From NCBI GenBank assembly GCA_017459925.1, contig JAFUCC010000002.1, forward strand, positions 24,400-88,399: a stretch of DNA of 64,000 nucleotides, in the 5' to 3' direction. This stretch comes from Eggerthellaceae bacterium. GTDB lineage: Bacteria > Actinomycetota > Coriobacteriia > Coriobacteriales > Eggerthellaceae. The notes under the pieces are model-generated. The model had not been told where the DNA came from. It ran no database searches and saw nothing but the letters and a program-made list of their open reading frames with translations. Shown here in pieces: positions 1 to 16,410 of this stretch (the first letter of the stretch is position 1; each line of letters begins with the position of its first letter). A program made the translations under genes and the position numbers.

Positions 1-1
1 T

Positions 2-6612
<6,611 letters not shown>

Positions 6613-6637
6613 CGCCATCCTCCCATGAGGGTTGACT

Positions 6638-6670
6638 AAACGGCCGGAGTTCAACTCCGGCCGTTTTGCT
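6638..6670 (+). terminator. intrinsic terminator after rpoC
   Basis: AAACGGCCGGAG-ttcaa-CTCCGGCCGTTT followed by TTTTG. Confidence 0.8.
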
Positions 6671-6676
6671 GTAATG

Positions 6677-6711
6677 AGGAAAAAGAAAACGCCGCCCCGA
6701 ACGGGGCGGCG
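6677..6711 (-). terminator. intrinsic terminator after ppk1
   Basis: CGCCGCCCC-gaac-GGGGCGGCG hairpin; read on minus strand it is followed by TTTTCTTTTTCC. Confidence 0.75.
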
Positions 6712-6732
6712 TCATTCGTGAGGCGTTGTTCG

Positions 6733-9700
6733 CTACTTGCGGAACCGGGCGAAGAAGCCCTGCTTCTTCTCAGGCGGCATCTCGATTTCACGATGACCGC
6801 CTTCGAAGAAGCCCTGAACTTCCTCGTCAGCAGTCTTGGCGTCGTCCTGCCTGGCTTGCTCGGGGCTTTCCGGCGTTTCGGCGGCCTCGGCAACGGGGAC
6901 CTGATCCTCTGCGGGCACCGCGGCATCGGCCTCAGGCGCAGGCTGCTCGTTGACAAGCTCGGACTCAACCTGTTCAGGCGTTTGGCCCTCAACTTCGAGG
7001 CTTGCAAGATGGGCTGAAAGGTCGTCTGCGGACATGGGCTCTTCGGCTTCAGGCTGAATTTCGCCCTGAGATGGGCTCTCCGATTCGAGCGTAGGCTCGT
7101 TGGGGGTTTCGACTTGCGGATTGGGGGAGAGCAAGTCCTCGAGCGTCATGTCGGTGAGCGATTCGGCAGGTTCGGCTATGGCTTCGGCGGCCTTCTCGAC
7201 AACCTCGGCGGGTTCTTCGACCTGGTCGAGATTTGAAATGGGCTCGTCTTGGATAATCAGCGGAGCTTCCTGAAGAGGAACAGATTGGCCAGGGGTGGCG
7301 CTCAATTGCGCTATGAGCTCGGAGACGCGGTCTGAAGAAGGCGTGCTTTCCTGAGGTTCCTCAGGTGCCTCGCCGGTCACGATTTCGCCGAGCGTCATAT
7401 CGTGAATAGAGACCTCGCCGGGAACCTCCTCGAACGGATTTGAATTCGAAGCGTGCTCGGCAGCCTCTTCAGCCGGCGTTGAAATCGCGCCGAGTTCAGC
7501 GTCAAGAGCGGACAAGTCGACCGAAGCGATGGGCACCGGTTCGACAGCGGGCTCCGTCTGCGCAGAATCGAGAGGCGCGATACCATTGTCGGCGAGCACC
7601 GACCCGAGGTCGAAATCGATGGCCTCATGGGCGGTTTCAGCCTCAGGTTCAGGCTCGGCAGCATGCTCGGCCTCTGGCTCGGACTCGGCCTCATGTTCAG
7701 GCTCGGGTTCTGACTCAAGTTCTGGTTCGGGCTTCGGCTCCGGCTCCGGCTCCGGCTCTGATTGAGGCTCTGGTTCTGGTTCGAATTCAGGCTCAGGTTC
7801 AGGCTCAAGCTCAGGCTCAGGTTCAGTTTCAGGTTCAGGTTCCGGTTCAGGTTCAGGTTCGGGCTCGGCCAGAGTCTTCTCTTCTCCTGCATCAGCGTCG
7901 ACGCTGGCTTCGGCTATGCCCTCGCCATCGGCGACGGACTCCGTGGTTGCTTCAGCAACGGGCTCGTCGACCGAATCGAACGACTCGATTTCGTCGAGGC
8001 TGGGTTCAAGGGCGGACTCGTTGTCGTCAGATTGTCCGTCGTACGCCTCTGCGGCCTCATCGGGAATGGTGTTCTCAACGAGGGTGGGCTCCGGTTCGGG
8101 AATGATGGGGGCATTGGAAAGGATCTCGCCTATCGTGAGCTCCGTTAGCGGCGTGCTGGGCTCATTGGCGATTTCTTCTGCAGGTGACGGTGCTTCTTCC
8201 CAAATTGCCTCCTCAAAAGGCGATTCATCTTCGAAAATCGTCTCAGCGGAAGGGGTTTCGTCTTCGACGACGATGACGGGAATGCGCTCGGTAATCTCTC
8301 CGGGTTCGCCAAACGAGCTCATCGCCGCTTCCTCAGCTGCATCGGCAGCGCGCTTTATGAGCGTGGCTTGAGCATCGAACGAGGGCTCGGGATTTCCGTC
8401 TTCGTCGAGGTCGCAGAAAGCGCCGAGCGGCGTGTACGTTGCGTTGGGGCGCAGTTCGCGCAACTTGGCTGTGTCGCGCATGCACACGTCGATGTACGAA
8501 AGCACTTTGTTGCGGATTTCGCCGCCGGGAAGCGGCCAGGCGATTTCCACGCGCTTGTTGAGGTTGCGCGTCATCAGGTCGGCGCTCGACAAGTAGATGA
8601 CGCAATCGTCGGCCGGACCGAAGCAGTAAATACGGCTATGTTCGAGCAAGCGCCCGACGATGGAGACGACGCGCACGTTTTCGGTCGCGCCTTTCACCTG
8701 GGGGATGAGGCAGCATATGCCGCGTATGAACAGCGTAATGCGAACGCCGGCGCACGAAGCCTCGGAAATCTTCTCGAGGATGTCCTTGTCGGTGATGGAA
8801 TTGGCCTTCATGAACGCGCTTGCGGGCAGCCCCATGCGGGCGCGCTCGATCTGCTTGTCGAGGTTGTCGATGAGCATCGTCTTTATCTGCAGCGGGGCGA
8901 CGCGCAGGATGTCGTAGTTATCCGACACGTTTTCCAGCTGCATGTTGCGGAAGAACTCGACGGCGTCGCGGCCGAATGCCTCGTCGGTCGTGATGAACGA
9001 GAAATCGGTGTAGAGCTTGGCGGTCTTCTCGTTGTAATTGCCGGTGCCGAGCTGCGTGATGTGCTGGATCGCGCCTTCGGGGGTGCGGCGCGTGATGCAG
9101 CAGATCTTCGAATGCACCTTGTAATCGCGGAAACCGTAGAGCACGTTGCAGCCGGCTTGCTCGAAGCGCTGCGACCACTCGATGTTGTTGTTCTCGTCGA
9201 AACGCGCGCGCAGCTCGAAGAGCGCCGTGACTTCCTTGCCGGCATCTGCGGCGGCGATGAGCGCTTCGGCCAGGTGAGATTGGCTTGCCAGGCGGTAGAG
9301 CGTGATCTTGATGGAGATGACGTCCGGGTCGTTTGCGGCTTCGCGCAGGAGCTGCACGAACGGGTCCATGCTCTCGTACGGATAGGACATGAGCACATCG
9401 CGTTCTGCCACTTGGTCGATGATACGGCGTTTGCGGTCGAAGCATGTGGGCCATGCCGGCGTGAACGGCGGGTTCGACAACCTTTCGCGCTTCTTGTCGG
9501 AAAGCCTGCTGCCCAGGCCCCACGTGAAGCTGAGGTCGAGCGGCACGATGGTGTCGTACATCTGGTAGCGCTTCAAGTCGAGCTTTTTCAGCATGAGCTT
9601 TTCCATGACCGGCGACAGCGGTCGCTCGCATTCGAGGCGCACGGGAGCCAGGCGTGCACGCTGCTTCAGCAGGCGCTTCATGTGTTCGCGGTAATCCTCG

Positions 9701-10653
9701 TCTTGCTCGTCGAAGCCTTGGTTTGCGTCGATGTCGGCGTTGCGCGTCACGCAGATGACGTTCGTGTGCTTGATCTTGTACATGCTGAAGATTTCGGGAA
9801 CGAACATCTCGATGGCGTGCTCGAGGAGGATGAACTGGAATCCGCGGCCAGGCAGTTTGATGACGCGTTCACACTGGTGCGGCAGCGGGATGAGCCCGAG
9901 CACCACGCCCTCGGCGCCGCCTTTTTCCTTCTTGGACTTTTCCTTGTCCTTCTTCTTTTTCTTCTTCTTGCGCTCTTCTTCGGTCGCTTCGTCGTCGAGG
10001 CGCACGAGGATGTAGAGCTTGCCGTTTTCCAGATGGGGGAACGGGTGGCGCGAGTTGATGATCTGCGGCGAGAGGAACGGCTCGATGTTGTGCTTCACGA
10101 GGCCGAACAGGTAGTTTCGCTGCTCTTCGGAAAGGTCGTCGGGACGCAGGTGCCGCACGCCTTCCTTCGCCAATTGGCCGCGCACATGCTCGTACGTCGA
10201 TTCGTGGATGGGGTAGAGCTCGTGGCAGCGCTCGTGGATGGCGCGAATCTGCTCTTTGGCCGTCATGCCCGTCTTGGAATCGACGACGGGCGGGTCGATG
10301 AACGACAGGTCGGTAAGACTGCCGACGCGGACCATGAAGAACTCTTGGAGGTTGCTCCAGAAGATCGAGATGAAGTTGAGCCTCTCGAGCAGCGGAACTG
10401 ATTCGTCAGCGCCCTGGTCGAGCACACGCTCGTTGAACGTCAGCCAGGACAGCTCGCGGTTCTGCATGAAAACGCTGCCGCTGTCTTCCTCTTCCTCTTC
10501 GTCTTCATCGGCGGCAAATTCGTAGTAGGCATCGTCGCCTTCGGAGGCGCCGGCAAGGGCGGCTTCGTCGGACAGGGGTGCCAGAGGCTCGCTTGCTTGG
10601 TCGGCTTCGAACTCGCCAAATGCCGTGCCGTCGGTGATGCTCTCTTCGCTCAT
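6733..10653 (-). CDS. ppk1: polyphosphate kinase 1 fused to ~550 aa acidic low-complexity C-terminal tail
   Basis: PPK1-type sequence over the N-terminal ~750 aa ([14 protein letters not shown], two PLD-like His motifs [11 protein letters not shown] and [12 protein letters not shown]). ATG at 10653 preceded by GAGGAA; the track start 10671 is an upstream GTG. Tail from ~8400 down to 6736. Confidence 0.9.
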   Translation of the reverse strand: MSEESITDGTAFGEFEADQASEPLAPLSDEAALAGASEGDDAYYEFAADEDEEEEEDSGSVFMQNRELSWLTFNERVLDQGADESVPLLERLNFISIFWSNLQEFFMVRVGSLTDLSFIDPPVVDSKTGMTAKEQIRAIHERCHELYPIHESTYEHVRGQLAKEGVRHLRPDDLSEEQRNYLFGLVKHNIEPFLSPQIINSRHPFPHLENGKLYILVRLDDEATEEERKKKKKKKDKEKSKKEKGGAEGVVLGLIPLPHQCERVIKLPGRGFQFILLEHAIEMFVPEIFSMYKIKHTNVICVTRNADIDANQGFDEQDEDYREHMKRLLKQRARLAPVRLECERPLSPVMEKLMLKKLDLKRYQMYDTIVPLDLSFTWGLGSRLSDKKRERLSNPPFTPAWPTCFDRKRRIIDQVAERDVLMSYPYESMDPFVQLLREAANDPDVISIKITLYRLASQSHLAEALIAAADAGKEVTALFELRARFDENNNIEWSQRFEQAGCNVLYGFRDYKVHSKICCITRRTPEGAIQHITQLGTGNYNEKTAKLYTDFSFITTDEAFGRDAVEFFRNMQLENVSDNYDILRVAPLQIKTMLIDNLDKQIERARMGLPASAFMKANSITDKDILEKISEASCAGVRITLFIRGICCLIPQVKGATENVRVVSIVGRLLEHSRIYCFGPADDCVIYLSSADLMTRNLNKRVEIAWPLPGGEIRNKVLSYIDVCMRDTAKLRELRPNATYTPLGAFCDLDEDGNPEPSFDAQATLIKRAADAAEEAAMSSFGEPGEITERIPVIVVEDETPSAETIFEDESPFEEAIWEEAPSPAEEIANEPSTPLTELTIGEILSNAPIIPEPEPTLVENTIPDEAAEAYDGQSDDNESALEPSLDEIESFDSVDEPVAEATTESVADGEGIAEASVDADAGEEKTLAEPEPEPEPEPEPETEPEPELEPEPEPEFEPEPEPQSEPEPEPEPKPEPELESEPEPEHEAESEPEAEHAAEPEPEAETAHEAIDFDLGSVLADNGIAPLDSAQTEPAVEPVPIASVDLSALDAELGAISTPAEEAAEHASNSNPFEEVPGEVSIHDMTLGEIVTGEAPEEPQESTPSSDRVSELIAQLSATPGQSVPLQEAPLIIQDEPISNLDQVEEPAEVVEKAAEAIAEPAESLTDMTLEDLLSPNPQVETPNEPTLESESPSQGEIQPEAEEPMSADDLSAHLASLEVEGQTPEQVESELVNEQPAPEADAAVPAEDQVPVAEAAETPESPEQARQDDAKTADEEVQGFFEGGHREIEMPPEKKQGFFARFRK
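7625..7872 (-). repeat. (Glu-Pro)n coding microsatellite-like repeat inside ppk1 tail
   Basis: Translates to [78 protein letters not shown]; DNA is iterated GGYTCNGG units. Confidence 0.9.
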
Positions 10654-10755
10654 ACGGTTTCCTCTGTTCACGATGGGTTAAAACATCATTACACTATACC
10701 TCATCAAGGTGCATATTTGGTGTATCATCGAGGCATCTTCGAGAAAGGAAACCGC

Positions 10756-12513
10756 ATGCTCGAGCAGGTCGATTTCACGGTAGACAAGATATCCAAGGAA
10801 GACTACAAACCCCGTCACAAAGAGCTCATCAACAAGCTCGTCGTGCTGCAGCAGCAAGCGCGCGCCAAGGGAATTGGCCTCGTGGTCCTGTTCGAGGGGT
10901 GGGGCGGCGCCGGGAAGGGCAGCCGCATTTCCGACCTCATGTACGAGCTCGATGCGCGTGCGACCACGGTTCACGTGACGGAGGACTTCGATGTCGAGGC
11001 GGCACGCAAGTTCGTCGGCTCCGAATGGGGCGTTTCCGACTTCAAGCCCGTCATGCAAGAGTTTTGGCAGTCACTCGGCGAACGAGGCACCATCACGTTC
11101 TACGACCGCGGCTGGTATACGGCGGCAATTGACCAAGCCCTGTTCGAGCTTACGGGCGACAAGCCCAAAGCCGTCAAGAAGCTCGCCAAGAAGGCTAAGG
11201 GCCATCCGCTCGTGGAAGACGGCGCCTCGAAAGCCCGCGGCGAATTCCATGGCGACGTCGTTGCAAGCTACCAGCGCATCGCGCACAACTTCGAGCAGAT
11301 GCTGGTCGACGACGGCTACATTGTCATCAAGCTGTTCGTTCACGTGTCGAAAGAGGCCCAGAAGAAACGCCTCGAGCGCCTGCACGACAACCCCAGCACC
11401 ACGTGGCGCGTGAGCCAGGAGAAGCTCGACCAGGTGATGCACTACGATAGGGCCTACCAGCTCTACGACCGACTGCTCGAGACGAGCAACTTCGCATTCG
11501 CCCCCTGGACGCTCGTGAACGGCGAGGACAAGCGCGCCGCGAACCTGCAGGTGGCGCAAGCGCTCGTCGACGCCATCGAGCATGCGCTGGCAGCCGGTCC
11601 AGACGAAGCTACCGAAGCAGCCAAGAAGAAGGCAGCCGAGAACTCGGCGCGCGCGGCAGCCGCCATCGGCGATGGCGGAGCCGAGGAGGCGAAGGTCGAC
11701 GATGCGGAAGCCGTCCGCAAGGCCGCCGAGGCCGAAGCCGCCCTGCAGCATTCTCAGGCTCCGCGCGGCTCGAACTACATCATCATGGCGGGGTATCCGC
11801 AGATCGACCATTCGAAAGCCAAGCCGACTATCGGAACCGACGAGGAATACAAGGAGCAGCTGAAGGCCGAGCAAGCGCGCTTTGCCGAGCTCGAGCTGGA
11901 AATGTACCAGAAGCGCGTGCCGCTCATGCTCATGTACGAGGGTTGGGATGCCGCCGGCAAGGGCGGAAACATCAAGCGCGTGTGCCAGGCCATCGACGCC
12001 CGCGCATATACCATATTCCCGTCGCCCGCGCCCACCAAGCCCGAGCTCATGCATCCGCATTTGTGGCGCTACTGGATCCGCCTTCCCAAGGCCGGCCATG
12101 TCGGCATCTACGACCGCAGCTGGTACGGACGGGTGCTCGTGGAACGCGTCGAGGGGTTCTCGTCGACCGACCAATGGTCCCGCGCCTACGATGAGATCAA
12201 CGCCTTCGAGTACGAGCTCGTGCAGTGGGGTGCGATCCTGCTGAAGTTCTGGGTCGACATCACCCCCGAAGAGCAGCTGCGCCGATTCGAGGCGCGTCAA
12301 GCCGATCCGAACAAGATTTGGAAGATCACCGACGAGGATTGGCGCAACCGCGACAAGTACCCCCAGTACAAGCAGGCCGTCGACGATATGTTCCGGCTGA
12401 CATCCACCACGTTCGCGCCGTGGATCGTGCTCGAGAGCGATGACAAGCGTTACGCCCGCGTTCAGGCGTTGCGCGCAATCAACGAGGCGCTCGAGGAGCG
12501 CATGCACAAGTAA
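10756..12513 (+). CDS. ppk2: two-domain polyphosphate kinase 2 (polyphosphate:AMP/NMP phosphotransferase type)
   Basis: Two PPK2 P-loop modules (LVVLFEGWGGAGKGSRI and LMLMYEGWDAAGKGGNIKRV) joined by an Ala/Glu-rich linker; ATG 10756 behind GAAAGGAAA; divergent from ppk1. Confidence 0.9.
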   Translation: MLEQVDFTVDKISKEDYKPRHKELINKLVVLQQQARAKGIGLVVLFEGWGGAGKGSRISDLMYELDARATTVHVTEDFDVEAARKFVGSEWGVSDFKPVMQEFWQSLGERGTITFYDRGWYTAAIDQALFELTGDKPKAVKKLAKKAKGHPLVEDGASKARGEFHGDVVASYQRIAHNFEQMLVDDGYIVIKLFVHVSKEAQKKRLERLHDNPSTTWRVSQEKLDQVMHYDRAYQLYDRLLETSNFAFAPWTLVNGEDKRAANLQVAQALVDAIEHALAAGPDEATEAAKKKAAENSARAAAAIGDGGAEEAKVDDAEAVRKAAEAEAALQHSQAPRGSNYIIMAGYPQIDHSKAKPTIGTDEEYKEQLKAEQARFAELELEMYQKRVPLMLMYEGWDAAGKGGNIKRVCQAIDARAYTIFPSPAPTKPELMHPHLWRYWIRLPKAGHVGIYDRSWYGRVLVERVEGFSSTDQWSRAYDEINAFEYELVQWGAILLKFWVDITPEEQLRRFEARQADPNKIWKITDEDWRNRDKYPQYKQAVDDMFRLTSTTFAPWIVLESDDKRYARVQALRAINEALEERMHK

Positions 12514-12612
12514 GATACAAGGATGCGGGTTCGGTGAGCCCTGCAGGGGCGCGATTCATCGCGCCCGCTGCGCGCAGCGTGGTGCGTTCCAATTGAGGGA
12601 ATTGAAGGAAAC

Positions 12613-13476
12613 ATGGCGAGGTACGATACAGGACAGAAGCGTAAAGGCAGCCGTGCATGGCGCGTCGTCTTCGTCATAGCGCTCGTCGTCCTCGTCGCCT
12701 CGCTTGCTGCGCTCGGGGTCATAGCGTTCAGCTATTTCCAAGGCCAAATGAAATACGACAAGGTTGCCGACGATTCCGGGTTCGATCCGAACGACGCGGT
12801 CTCGAATGTGGCCGAGCTGCATGTCGATTGGGATGCTTTGCGAGCTGTCAACGAGGACACGGTGGCGTGGCTGTACGTGCCGAACTCCAACATAAACTAT
12901 CCCGTTGTGCGCGGAAGTGACAACGAATACTACCTCACGCACGATTTCGACGGAGCGCAGGGCTGGTTGGCGAATTACGGAGCGGTCTTCATGGATTGCC
13001 GCAACAATCCCGATTGGTCCGACGATGCGTACTTCATGTACGGCCACCACATGAACGACGGCTCGATGTTCGCAGACGTCGCCGCGATGACCGATCAGCA
13101 GAGGTTCGACGAGTGCCGGACCATGTACCTGCTCAGCCCATCGGGCAATTTCAAGCTGAGGACGTTCGCCCTCGTGCATGCCGCCGCTGACGATCCTCTG
13201 GTTCAAGTTGCGTTCGCCACGCCCGAGGACATGACGGCTTACGTTCAGGACAAGATCAACCGTTCGGTTGTGGAGCCCGGCACGCTGCCTAAGGCTTCGA
13301 AGATGACGAAGGCGTTCGCGCTCGCAACGTGCGATAACCTGTACAGCGACGGACGATACGTCCTTTACGCGTATATCGAGGAAACGTCTGCCGAAGGACT
13401 TTCCGGCGATTTGGGCATTACGGCAGACGATGGGCAGGCAAACGGGTTCGTGAACGATTTGATGGTCGAGGAATAG
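12613..13476 (+). CDS. srtB: class B-like sortase
   Basis: N-terminal TM anchor, VAWLYVPNSNINYPVVRGSDNEYYLTHDF, GAVFMDCRN, YGHHMNDGSMF, catalytic FALATCD; collinear with S. aureus SrtB as I recall it. Confidence 0.85.
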   Translation: MARYDTGQKRKGSRAWRVVFVIALVVLVASLAALGVIAFSYFQGQMKYDKVADDSGFDPNDAVSNVAELHVDWDALRAVNEDTVAWLYVPNSNINYPVVRGSDNEYYLTHDFDGAQGWLANYGAVFMDCRNNPDWSDDAYFMYGHHMNDGSMFADVAAMTDQQRFDECRTMYLLSPSGNFKLRTFALVHAAADDPLVQVAFATPEDMTAYVQDKINRSVVEPGTLPKASKMTKAFALATCDNLYSDGRYVLYAYIEETSAEGLSGDLGITADDGQANGFVNDLMVEE

Positions 13477-13484
13477 GAGAGGTC

Positions 13485-14558
13485 ATGGCCGAAGGCAAGC
13501 AGGTTACATACGCTCAAGCTGGCGTCGATATCGAAGAGGGCGCCCGAGCCGTAGACGCCATCAAGGGCATCGTCCATTCCACGTACCGCGCAGAGGTGGT
13601 GGGCGATATCGGCGGGTTCGGCGGCCTGTTCTCGATTGCCGCCGCCAAAGACATGGAAGACCCGCTTCTGGTCTCCGGCACCGACGGCGTCGGCACGAAG
13701 CTCAAGATCGCCCAGATGCTGGGCAAGCACGATACGGTCGGCATCGACCTCGTCGCCATGTGCGCGAACGACATCCTCGCGACGGGCGCCGAACCGCTGT
13801 TCTTCCTCGATTACGTCGCGGTGGGCAAGCTCGATTCGAAAGCCATGGCCGAAATCGTCTCGGGCATCGGCGAAGGCTGCAGGCAAGCTGGCTGCTCGCT
13901 CATCGGCGGCGAAATGGCGGAGCACCCTGGCGTCATGGATCCTTCCGACTACGATTTGTCGGGGTTCTGCGTCGGCATCGTCGACCGTCCCAAGATGCTC
14001 AACCCCGAAGCCGTGAAACCCGGCGATTTGCTCGTGGGCCTCATGTCGAGCGGCCTGCATTCCAACGGCTACTCGCTCGCGCGCAAAGTGTGCCTGGAAG
14101 GCCGCTCCCTTGAAGAGGTCACTGCTCCGGTCGAAGAGCTCGGCGGCAAGGGCGTTGCCGAGGCTTTGCTCGAGCCAACGCGCATCTACGTGAACGGCGT
14201 GCGCCACGTCATGGAAAAGTGCCCCGACGCCATTCGCGCTTTGGCGCATATCACGGGCGGCGGTATTACCGAGAACCTCAACCGGGCCTTGAACGACCAG
14301 GTTGACGCAGTGGTCGAGCTTGGCAGCTGGGCCGTGCCTCCCATCGTCAAGTACACGTGCGATGCGGCGAGCCTTTCGGAAGAAGAGGCGCTCAAGACGT
14401 TCAACATGGGCATCGGCATGGTGCTCATCATCGATCCGTCGACGTTCGGGGCCGTGCGCCGCGCTTGCGAGCAGGCTGGCGAGGTCACGCGCCTCATCGG
14501 GCGCGTGGAAGAGGGAAGCGGCATCGTGCGTTACACGAACCAGGGAAGCTTGCTGTAA
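13485..14558 (+). CDS. purM: phosphoribosylformylglycinamidine cyclo-ligase (AIR synthetase)
   Basis: GGFGGLF, VSGTDGVGTKLKIA, full-length PurM-like ORF. Confidence 0.96.
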   Translation: MAEGKQVTYAQAGVDIEEGARAVDAIKGIVHSTYRAEVVGDIGGFGGLFSIAAAKDMEDPLLVSGTDGVGTKLKIAQMLGKHDTVGIDLVAMCANDILATGAEPLFFLDYVAVGKLDSKAMAEIVSGIGEGCRQAGCSLIGGEMAEHPGVMDPSDYDLSGFCVGIVDRPKMLNPEAVKPGDLLVGLMSSGLHSNGYSLARKVCLEGRSLEEVTAPVEELGGKGVAEALLEPTRIYVNGVRHVMEKCPDAIRALAHITGGGITENLNRALNDQVDAVVELGSWAVPPIVKYTCDAASLSEEEALKTFNMGIGMVLIIDPSTFGAVRRACEQAGEVTRLIGRVEEGSGIVRYTNQGSLL

Positions 14559-14575
14559 GGCGTAAGGGGTTTTCA

Positions 14576-15190
14576 ATGGCTGATAAGCTGAAGGTTGGCG
14601 TGCTGCTTTCGGGTAGCGGCACGAACTTGCAGGCGATCATCGATGCGGCTGACGAAGGGTTGCCGATCGAGATCGCGCACGTGGTGTCATCCCGGCCCGA
14701 TGCGTACGGCATCGAGCGCGCCAAAGCGGCGGGCATTCCGGTGCTCGTCTTGAACCGCGAGGTTTACGCCGATGTGCGCGCAGCCGATACGATGATCGCC
14801 GACACGCTGAAGGCGTCGGGTGTCGAGTACGTCGTCATGGCGGGGTACATGCGCATGGTCACGGGCGTGTTGCTCGACGCTTACCCGAACCGCATCTTGA
14901 ACCTTCATCCGGCATTGCTGCCATCGTTCAAGGGCGCGCACGCCATACAGGACGCCTTCGATGCCGGCGTGAAGGTCACGGGCGTCACCGTTCATTTCGC
15001 GAATGCCGAGTACGACAAGGGTCCGATCGTTGCCCAACGAGCCGTCATCGTACGCGAAGACGACACGGTGGACACGCTCGAGGAGCGCATTCACGCCGTA
15101 GAGCACGAACTGTACCCGCAAGTGCTGGGCTGGCTCGCCGACGGGCGCGTGAGCGTGTCCGAAGACGGCAAGGTCCACATCAGCGAATAG
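14576..15190 (+). CDS. purN: phosphoribosylglycinamide formyltransferase
   Basis: VLLSGSGTNLQAIID, NLHPALLPSFKG, VTGVTVHF; ATG 14576 follows purM by 17 nt. Confidence 0.95.
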   Translation: MADKLKVGVLLSGSGTNLQAIIDAADEGLPIEIAHVVSSRPDAYGIERAKAAGIPVLVLNREVYADVRAADTMIADTLKASGVEYVVMAGYMRMVTGVLLDAYPNRILNLHPALLPSFKGAHAIQDAFDAGVKVTGVTVHFANAEYDKGPIVAQRAVIVREDDTVDTLEERIHAVEHELYPQVLGWLADGRVSVSEDGKVHISE

Positions 15191-15198
15191 GCCGCAAC

Positions 15199-15269
15199 TT
15201 GAACGTTGTCCCAGGGACGATGTTCAAATTGAAGGAATATTTGAACATCGTCCCTGGGACAACGTTCAA
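15199..15269. repeat. family-A paired palindrome (copy A1)
   Basis: 31-bp perfect inverted arms TTGAACGTTGTCCCAGGGACGATGTTCAAAT / ATTTGAACATCGTCCCTGGGACAACGTTCAA, 9-nt loop; between purN stop and XdhC-like start. Confidence 0.95.
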
Positions 15270-15287
15270 TTCCGAAGAAGGAATGAT

Positions 15288-16283
15288 TTGCGCATGAACA
15301 AGGACACACTCGAGACGATAATCGAAGACTTGAAGGCGGGGAATACGCCGACAATCACGACGGCAGACGTGCCAGCGTTCAGCGAGGAGGTCACGGCGGG
15401 AAACGACCACCTGTCACCGGCTGACCTTGACGTCATCGCGAATAGTCTTACGGAAGCGGACATTCCCACTTTCGAGCGTGCGCTCAAGGCTGCCGAAGAG
15501 GGCGAGCTCGCTTGGCTCGGCTTCAAGGTCGTATACGACTCCGATGTCGCTCAGGCGAAATCGGGCATCGGCTTCACGAAAGACTACGGCGAGGTGGGTT
15601 CGGCAGATGGCGAGCCTCTCGTGTTCTTCTGCAACGATGCAAAGGAAATCGTCAGTTCGCGCGAGCCGTCGAAGCGCGATTTGTTCCAGATGAAGGACGT
15701 CACGCGCGGGCCCTCGATGCACAACGAGCAATTCGAGGGGCTCACTTGGGCGAGCGTAGCGCTCTTCGAGCCCATTCGCGTGTGGCTTCTCGGAGCGTCT
15801 GATGTGGCAGTCGAACTCGTCCCGCTCGCGCGCAAGGTCGGCTTCGACGTCCTTGCCGTCGATTACGACACGGCGTACCTCAATGCCGACAGGTTTCCGG
15901 ATGCGCACCGCATCTTGCTCGACGGCGAGGGCTTCGACGCGCTGTTCGAGCTGCATGCCAAGCCCGAGGACTACGTGTGCGTGCTGACGCGCGGGCACAT
16001 GCACGATCCTGACGGCTGCATATGGGCTTCGCGCGAGGGCGTGCATTATATCGGCATGATGGGCTGCAAGGGCAAGAACGAGGGCATTCACGACCTCATC
16101 ATCGAAGGCGGCGTTTCCGAAGAGCAATGGAATGCGATCAAGAGGCCGATCGGCCTGAAATTCGGCGCGAAGACGCCAGCGGAACTCGCCATAGCCATCG
16201 TGGCCGAGCTTATCGACGTGCGTTACAAGCAACGGTATCCAGAAGCCGCTCGCAAGAGGCACGAGGATTCGTTGGGGCGTTAG
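15288..16283 (+). CDS. XdhC/CoxI-family accessory protein (Rossmann C-domain)
   Basis: C-terminal half matches XdhC Rossmann pattern (VWLLGASDVAVELVPLARKVGFDVLAVD, VCVLTRGHMHD, YIGMMGCKGK, PIGLKFGAKTPAELAIAIVAELI). TTG 15288 or ATG 15294 start. Confidence 0.75.
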   Translation: MRMNKDTLETIIEDLKAGNTPTITTADVPAFSEEVTAGNDHLSPADLDVIANSLTEADIPTFERALKAAEEGELAWLGFKVVYDSDVAQAKSGIGFTKDYGEVGSADGEPLVFFCNDAKEIVSSREPSKRDLFQMKDVTRGPSMHNEQFEGLTWASVALFEPIRVWLLGASDVAVELVPLARKVGFDVLAVDYDTAYLNADRFPDAHRILLDGEGFDALFELHAKPEDYVCVLTRGHMHDPDGCIWASREGVHYIGMMGCKGKNEGIHDLIIEGGVSEEQWNAIKRPIGLKFGAKTPAELAIAIVAELIDVRYKQRYPEAARKRHEDSLGR

Positions 16284-16410
16284 CGTTGCAAAACACATTA
16301 TGTTGCGTTTTCTGTTTGTCATGACCACATAAAGCTGCTAACATGCACATGAAGGCCGTCTAAACAACGGGAAAAGGAAGCAAGGGCGGCGAAACCGGAA
16401 GGATTACCTC

